A stretch of DNA of 43,850 bases from Nitrospiraceae bacterium (lineage in GTDB: Bacteria > Nitrospirota > Nitrospiria > Nitrospirales > UBA2166): contig PBSN01000006.1 of the NCBI GenBank assembly GCA_002726235.1, positions 1-43,850 on the forward strand, read 5' to 3'. Made by a program: the position numbers and the translations under genes. Positions within the stretch are counted from its first letter, which is position 1. Each line of letters opens with the position of its first letter. The notes beneath the pieces were generated by a model. That model made no database searches. It had not been told where the DNA came from and worked only from the letters and a program-made list of their open reading frames with translations. Shown piece by piece: positions 39,527 to 43,850 of this stretch.

Positions 39527-41879
39527 GGGCCCGTTACGGCATAACATCAGCCAAATGCGTTTATGGTATTTCGTGACGACTCCTAAGCTTTCTCATCTCA
39601 GGTACTTGTTTTTTGCCGCCTTGCTGCTAGGGGCTGTTATATTCCCGCGTTCCGTCGCCCTCGCTGCAGGTGAAATTATCAGTGAAGAAGAGCCAATCGA
39701 CATACATGCAGATCGAGTTGAGTATTCACGCACCGAGGATACCTACATCGCAGACGGCAACGTTGACGTGGTACAAGGAACGCAACATCTCACATCCGAC
39801 CACGCAACATTGAATATGCAAGCCGGACTCCTCACTGCCGAAGGAAACGTCAATTACGATGATGGTGAACAAACCATGACCGCTGACCGTATTGAACTGA
39901 GCATAAAAAGCAAAGCTGGCGTGATGTTCCATGGGACTATTCTAATCCGAGAGTCTCAGCAGTACGTAACAGGAAAAGTCATCGAACGTATCGATGCAAC
40001 ACACTATCGAATTGAAGAAGGCAGCTACACCGCGTGTATGATCGAAGAGGGCAAGCGGACACCGTGGCAATTTAGGGCAAAAGAATTGCGCCTAGATACC
40101 GAGGGGCATCTCGTCGCCAAAGGCGCGCAATTCTGCTTAATGGAAGTTCCTGTCGCCTACTTGCCAATCGTCAAGCTCCCCGGAAAAAAGAAACGGCAAA
40201 CCGGGTTTCTTATGCCACTGCCAGGATTCAATGCTGAACAAGGGTACAAGCTTAAGCAAGGGTTTTTCTGGGCCATCGATCCACACCAGGATGTCGCGGC
40301 AACCATAGATCATCGAGGCAATCAAGGTACCGGGGGAGAACTCGAATACCGATATAAACTGAGCAAAAATAGTGCAGGCGAACTTCGAACCAACTTCTTT
40401 AAAGATACCCGGGAGAATAAAAATCGGCTCGACGTCCAAATGCAACACATGACCCAGTTCACTAAAAGGCTCCAGGCCACCGTGGATATTGATTTTGTCA
40501 ATAAACGGGACACACTGCAGGAAATCAGCGACGATGTTGAGGAACGGGTTCAACGACTCACCGAGTCTCGTGCGTTTATATCACAACGCTGGGATCACGG
40601 ATCCGCTTACCTTCTCGGACGATTCAGTCAAGATCTTGCGAACCCCAACGATCCCACATCACAATTTCTTCCCGAACTAGGATATCGCCTGCAACCCTAT
40701 CGCATTCCATCACTTCCCATGTATTTTGGCCTGGAATCGAGTTTAACCAACATTCATCGGCAAGATGGAACATTACCGTTTTTCGTGGATGGAGCACCAA
40801 TACAACGATCAAGCCTCGATGCTCGACGCACCGACATATTTCCCAAGCTCTGGTCGACATTTCAAGTCACCGATGGGATTTCTCTAACCCCTCAAGTAGG
40901 AGTAAGAGAAACGATATACACTAGAGGCGAGAACTCCAGTAATTGGATGGATCGCACCGTCCCGTACCTGAATGTTGAGGCAGAAGCCACCATGTCTCGC
41001 CGTTTTCGACTAGGAAGAGGCCGATCAATCACACATCGACTCACCCCATCGGTAACCTATGAATATCTTCCACGCGTCAACCAGAACGATCTCCCTCAAT
41101 TTGACGATCTTGACTTCGTCTTCCAAAAAAATCTCGTCACCTACTCCGTCGGAAATCGCTTCTCAACGGTCAAGAAAAGAGGGAAGAAAATACAGCATGT
41201 TGACCTGCTATCATTCACCGCGACACAATCTATCCAGATGAACCCCGGAGCGAGGGAAAAAGCCCGCACTGTCCTTGGCCGCCCAGAGACACTCGAAACC
41301 CGCTCGTTCTCAGATGTGCGGATCGAGGCAACCGTAAACCTACCCAAGTTCGTAGAACTAGACTTTGACGCATTTATCAACCCGAAAACAGGCATGAGTT
41401 CCGTATTCGAAACCGATCTTGGTTTGTTCTCAAACGAGTCCTGGTACCTAACAATCGGACAACGTTTTACCCGTGCGGGTGATGTCCCAATTCGTGGGGA
41501 CATGTTTAATCCAATCTCGTTCAACACTACGTTTCGCCAAGAAGAGGACATTCACTTTTCGACGTTTGAAGGCGGCACGACCCTCCCATTTGGTTTCCGC
41601 GCTGTTGCAAAAGCATACTACGATGCCAACCCTTCAGCAGGCACTCCATATTTTCCAGAGGTTGATTACGGGCTGTTTTATACCAATCCGTGCAGTTGCT
41701 GGGGTGCGGGGTTTTTCTATATCCAACGCCCCCAGCGTCTGGGAACGGCATCCGGATCTGACGCCGAATTTGGATTCATGATCAGCCTCCGAGGCCTCGG
41801 TGGAACCGAGAGCACGGTGACACCAAAATTCGTAAGAATGTTTCAGAACCTTGGACTCGATCCCCTCAATCTCAAATAA
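39519..41879 (+). CDS. lptD: LPS-assembly protein LptD
   Basis: OstA-like N-domain (IHADRVEY, AEGNV), YTAC...PW, RQTGFLMP, barrel with C-terminal CSCW and ISLRGLG; follows folC. Confidence 0.9.
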   Translation: MVKGPLRHNISQMRLWYFVTTPKLSHLRYLFFAALLLGAVIFPRSVALAAGEIISEEEPIDIHADRVEYSRTEDTYIADGNVDVVQGTQHLTSDHATLNMQAGLLTAEGNVNYDDGEQTMTADRIELSIKSKAGVMFHGTILIRESQQYVTGKVIERIDATHYRIEEGSYTACMIEEGKRTPWQFRAKELRLDTEGHLVAKGAQFCLMEVPVAYLPIVKLPGKKKRQTGFLMPLPGFNAEQGYKLKQGFFWAIDPHQDVAATIDHRGNQGTGGELEYRYKLSKNSAGELRTNFFKDTRENKNRLDVQMQHMTQFTKRLQATVDIDFVNKRDTLQEISDDVEERVQRLTESRAFISQRWDHGSAYLLGRFSQDLANPNDPTSQFLPELGYRLQPYRIPSLPMYFGLESSLTNIHRQDGTLPFFVDGAPIQRSSLDARRTDIFPKLWSTFQVTDGISLTPQVGVRETIYTRGENSSNWMDRTVPYLNVEAEATMSRRFRLGRGRSITHRLTPSVTYEYLPRVNQNDLPQFDDLDFVFQKNLVTYSVGNRFSTVKKRGKKIQHVDLLSFTATQSIQMNPGAREKARTVLGRPETLETRSFSDVRIEATVNLPKFVELDFDAFINPKTGMSSVFETDLGLFSNESWYLTIGQRFTRAGDVPIRGDMFNPISFNTTFRQEEDIHFSTFEGGTTLPFGFRAVAKAYYDANPSAGTPYFPEVDYGLFYTNPCSCWGAGFFYIQRPQRLGTASGSDAEFGFMISLRGLGGTESTVTPKFVRMFQNLGLDPLNLK

Positions 41880-41979
41880 TGGCGCCGTGGATCCATCACA
41901 CACCCCCAAGGTCAATTGGACGAAGACAATGTTGGAATGTGACATCGTGCCGGTTTTTCATGACAGACCGTAGGCTAAC

Positions 41980-43242
41980 ATGATCAACACACCCATCAGT
42001 CGACGAGAATTGTGGCAATGGCTTCTCTCCTCAACCACCCTGAAGCTGATTCCGCCTACGACTGCCGGATTGGTTTTTGCTGATAACCTGCTTCACCCAC
42101 ATCGCGGCGATGCATCGGTGTATGACGTGGTACGGCGATACTACGGACATCGCCCCCTAGTAACAGTTAAAGAGAAGAAGCCGTTGATCAGCATTACCTC
42201 TCGGCCACATAACCTTGAGACCCCTCTTCACCACCTGACACACCCCATCACTCCCAACGATGTTTTTTTTGTTCGCTCCCGCCTTGCCATCACACCAACT
42301 GATGATGCCGAATCCTATCGGCTTTCAATTCACGGCACTGTTGAGCACCCATTGGAACTCACTCTCAACGATCTTAAAACACAATTCGAACCGGTGAGCA
42401 TTACCAGCGTGGCACAATGCGCGGGAAATAGCATGGCATTCTTTAATCCACCAGTGTTTCCTGGCTGGAACCTTACCCACGGATTCATGGGCTGTGCAAC
42501 ATGGACCGGAGTGAGGGTCAGGGATGTCCTCTCAAAAGTTGGCCTCAAGGCGAATGCACATGACGTTGTCTTCAAAGGAGCCGATCGACCGAGCATCGAC
42601 AAGACACCTCTTGTCGAAAAGAGTTTTCGGTTGACCATCGATCAAACACTGGACGAAGATCTCCTCATCGCATATGCCATGAACGGACACCCTCTTCCAC
42701 GTTGGAATGGCTATCCTGTTCGACTGGCCGCACCAGGGTGGTATGGCACCTATTGGGTCAAATGGCTTGAGAGTATCACCGTCATTCCAAAGGCATTTGA
42801 TGGCTTCTGGATGTCCAACGCATATCGAATTCCCGCACACCCTGTTGAGCCATACAAACATCCAGGCGAAACCATTCCTGTCACACGCTGTAACGTAAAA
42901 TCCGTGATTACCTCACCCCAAGACAATGATCGTGTCAACTCTGTACAGCCTATCGAGATCACTGGCGTAGCCTTCGATGCAGGCAACGGCATTCGATCTG
43001 TAGACATCTCCGTTGATGGAGGCAGATCCTGGCACAAAGCAAAACTTCATCCAGTCGACGGACGGTATGCATGGAACACCTGGTCGTTCATCATCAAACC
43101 GAAAACGCCAGGCAAACTTACGATCATGTCCCGCGCAACAAACACCAATGGCGAAACCCAGCCCATGAAGGCCATCTGGAACCCCGGCGGCTACAAGTAC
43201 AATGCCATAGACTCCATCGATATTATCGTCCCACCCCGTTAA
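41980..43242 (+). CDS. Sulfite oxidase family molybdoenzyme (SorA/SorT-like), Tat-exported
   Basis: SRRELW Tat-like motif, NLETP, FFVR, Mo-ligand QCAGN, LIAYAMNG.PLP..NGYPVRL, C-terminal dimerisation domain WNPGGY. Confidence 0.9.
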   Translation: MINTPISRRELWQWLLSSTTLKLIPPTTAGLVFADNLLHPHRGDASVYDVVRRYYGHRPLVTVKEKKPLISITSRPHNLETPLHHLTHPITPNDVFFVRSRLAITPTDDAESYRLSIHGTVEHPLELTLNDLKTQFEPVSITSVAQCAGNSMAFFNPPVFPGWNLTHGFMGCATWTGVRVRDVLSKVGLKANAHDVVFKGADRPSIDKTPLVEKSFRLTIDQTLDEDLLIAYAMNGHPLPRWNGYPVRLAAPGWYGTYWVKWLESITVIPKAFDGFWMSNAYRIPAHPVEPYKHPGETIPVTRCNVKSVITSPQDNDRVNSVQPIEITGVAFDAGNGIRSVDISVDGGRSWHKAKLHPVDGRYAWNTWSFIIKPKTPGKLTIMSRATNTNGETQPMKAIWNPGGYKYNAIDSIDIIVPPR

Positions 43243-43294
43243 CGCCAGATTCCAACAGGAAACACTCAGTGATCACTTTCGTTGCCGCACGCCA

Positions 43295-43327
43295 AGGGGA
43301 AATAAGGTTTCCTCCCCCATTTCCCCT
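43295..43327. terminator. Possible stem-loop downstream of the molybdoenzyme gene
   Basis: aggggaaat...atttcccct 9-bp inverted repeat; long loop and no clear U-tract. Confidence 0.3.
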
Positions 43328-43434
43328 CCTCGCCTGAGAAGGGAGAAGACAAGGTGGACCTGACACAGAATGATTGACCGCTTGCTCAAACATTACCGTG
43401 AGTGTATGTTCACGGCTTATTGTTTCAGTGGCAT

Positions 43435-43523
43435 GCCGGAGTGGCGGAATTGGCAGACGCCTGGGACTTAAAATCCCATGGGTGGTAACGCCCGTACGAG
43501 TTCGAGCCTCGTCTCCGGCACCA
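43435..43523 (+). tRNA. tRNA-Leu (anticodon TAA)
   Basis: GCCGGAG acceptor stem, TGGGA-CTTAAAA-TCCCA anticodon arm, long variable arm, GTTCGAG T-loop, encoded CCA. Confidence 0.96.
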
Positions 43524-43850
43524 CATTTCCCCCAGTGATCAAGGGGGTAAGTGATTAGCCATCTGCAGACCGTCCTTCTTAAGGAGAAATTTCTCGCATC
43601 CCACTCATTTGGATTGTGCAATCGATGGATTGTGCAACCGGCATGCTAACCGTGCTCTCCCCACCTTCAACACATGGCGGGGTCGAGCACCTTCATCACA
43701 CCTTCTTCTTTCCACTCAGGATTCGAGGCGTAAATCAGGTCACGGTTCCCAGTCCACCGCAATCGCCGTACCAGTAACAATCGCATCTTAATGAGCGTTT
43801 TTCCTCTGTGATCGAATCGATGGCACGACCAATCAAACGAATGACGATAT

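Noticed and set aside
43735..43850. Possible 3' end of a minus-strand gene (..IVIRLIGRAIDSITEEKRSLRCDCYWYGDCGGLGTVT)
   Set aside because: Too short and truncated by the window edge to support a call.

Overview
Bacterial chromosomal segment, most likely from a Nitrospirota (Nitrospirales-like) genome. This assignment is inferred from gene neighbourhoods and intergenic repeat types, not from a database search. Seven N bases suggest an assembly consensus. Housekeeping blocks: the str operon (rpsL-rpsG-fusA-tuf, minus strand), lpxD, yacG, tRNA-Pro(CGG), tldD-pmbA-dienelactone hydrolase, a family-5 UDG, an ABC-2 transporter, sthA, an S41 peptidase, dinB, accD-folC-lptD, a Tat-exported sulfite-oxidase-family molybdoenzyme and tRNA-Leu(TAA). 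There are two accessory regions. The first (6.7-13.1 kb) holds exported proteins: two Sel1 paralogs, lipoproteins, and a matrixin protease with a coupled partner gene. The second (25-36.5 kb) holds redox and envelope genes. The most striking element is a two-gene operon at 26101-28923. It encodes a lipoprotein with three tandem cytochrome P460-family haem domains, followed by an outer-membrane beta-barrel with an N-terminal Cyc2-like CxxCH haem motif, making it a candidate novel trans-outer-membrane electron-transfer or N-oxide-handling system. Also notable are three tandem paralogous exported proteins that share one conserved Cys and are coupled to a TlpA thioredoxin, and two families of degenerate intergenic repeats, each present in two copies.
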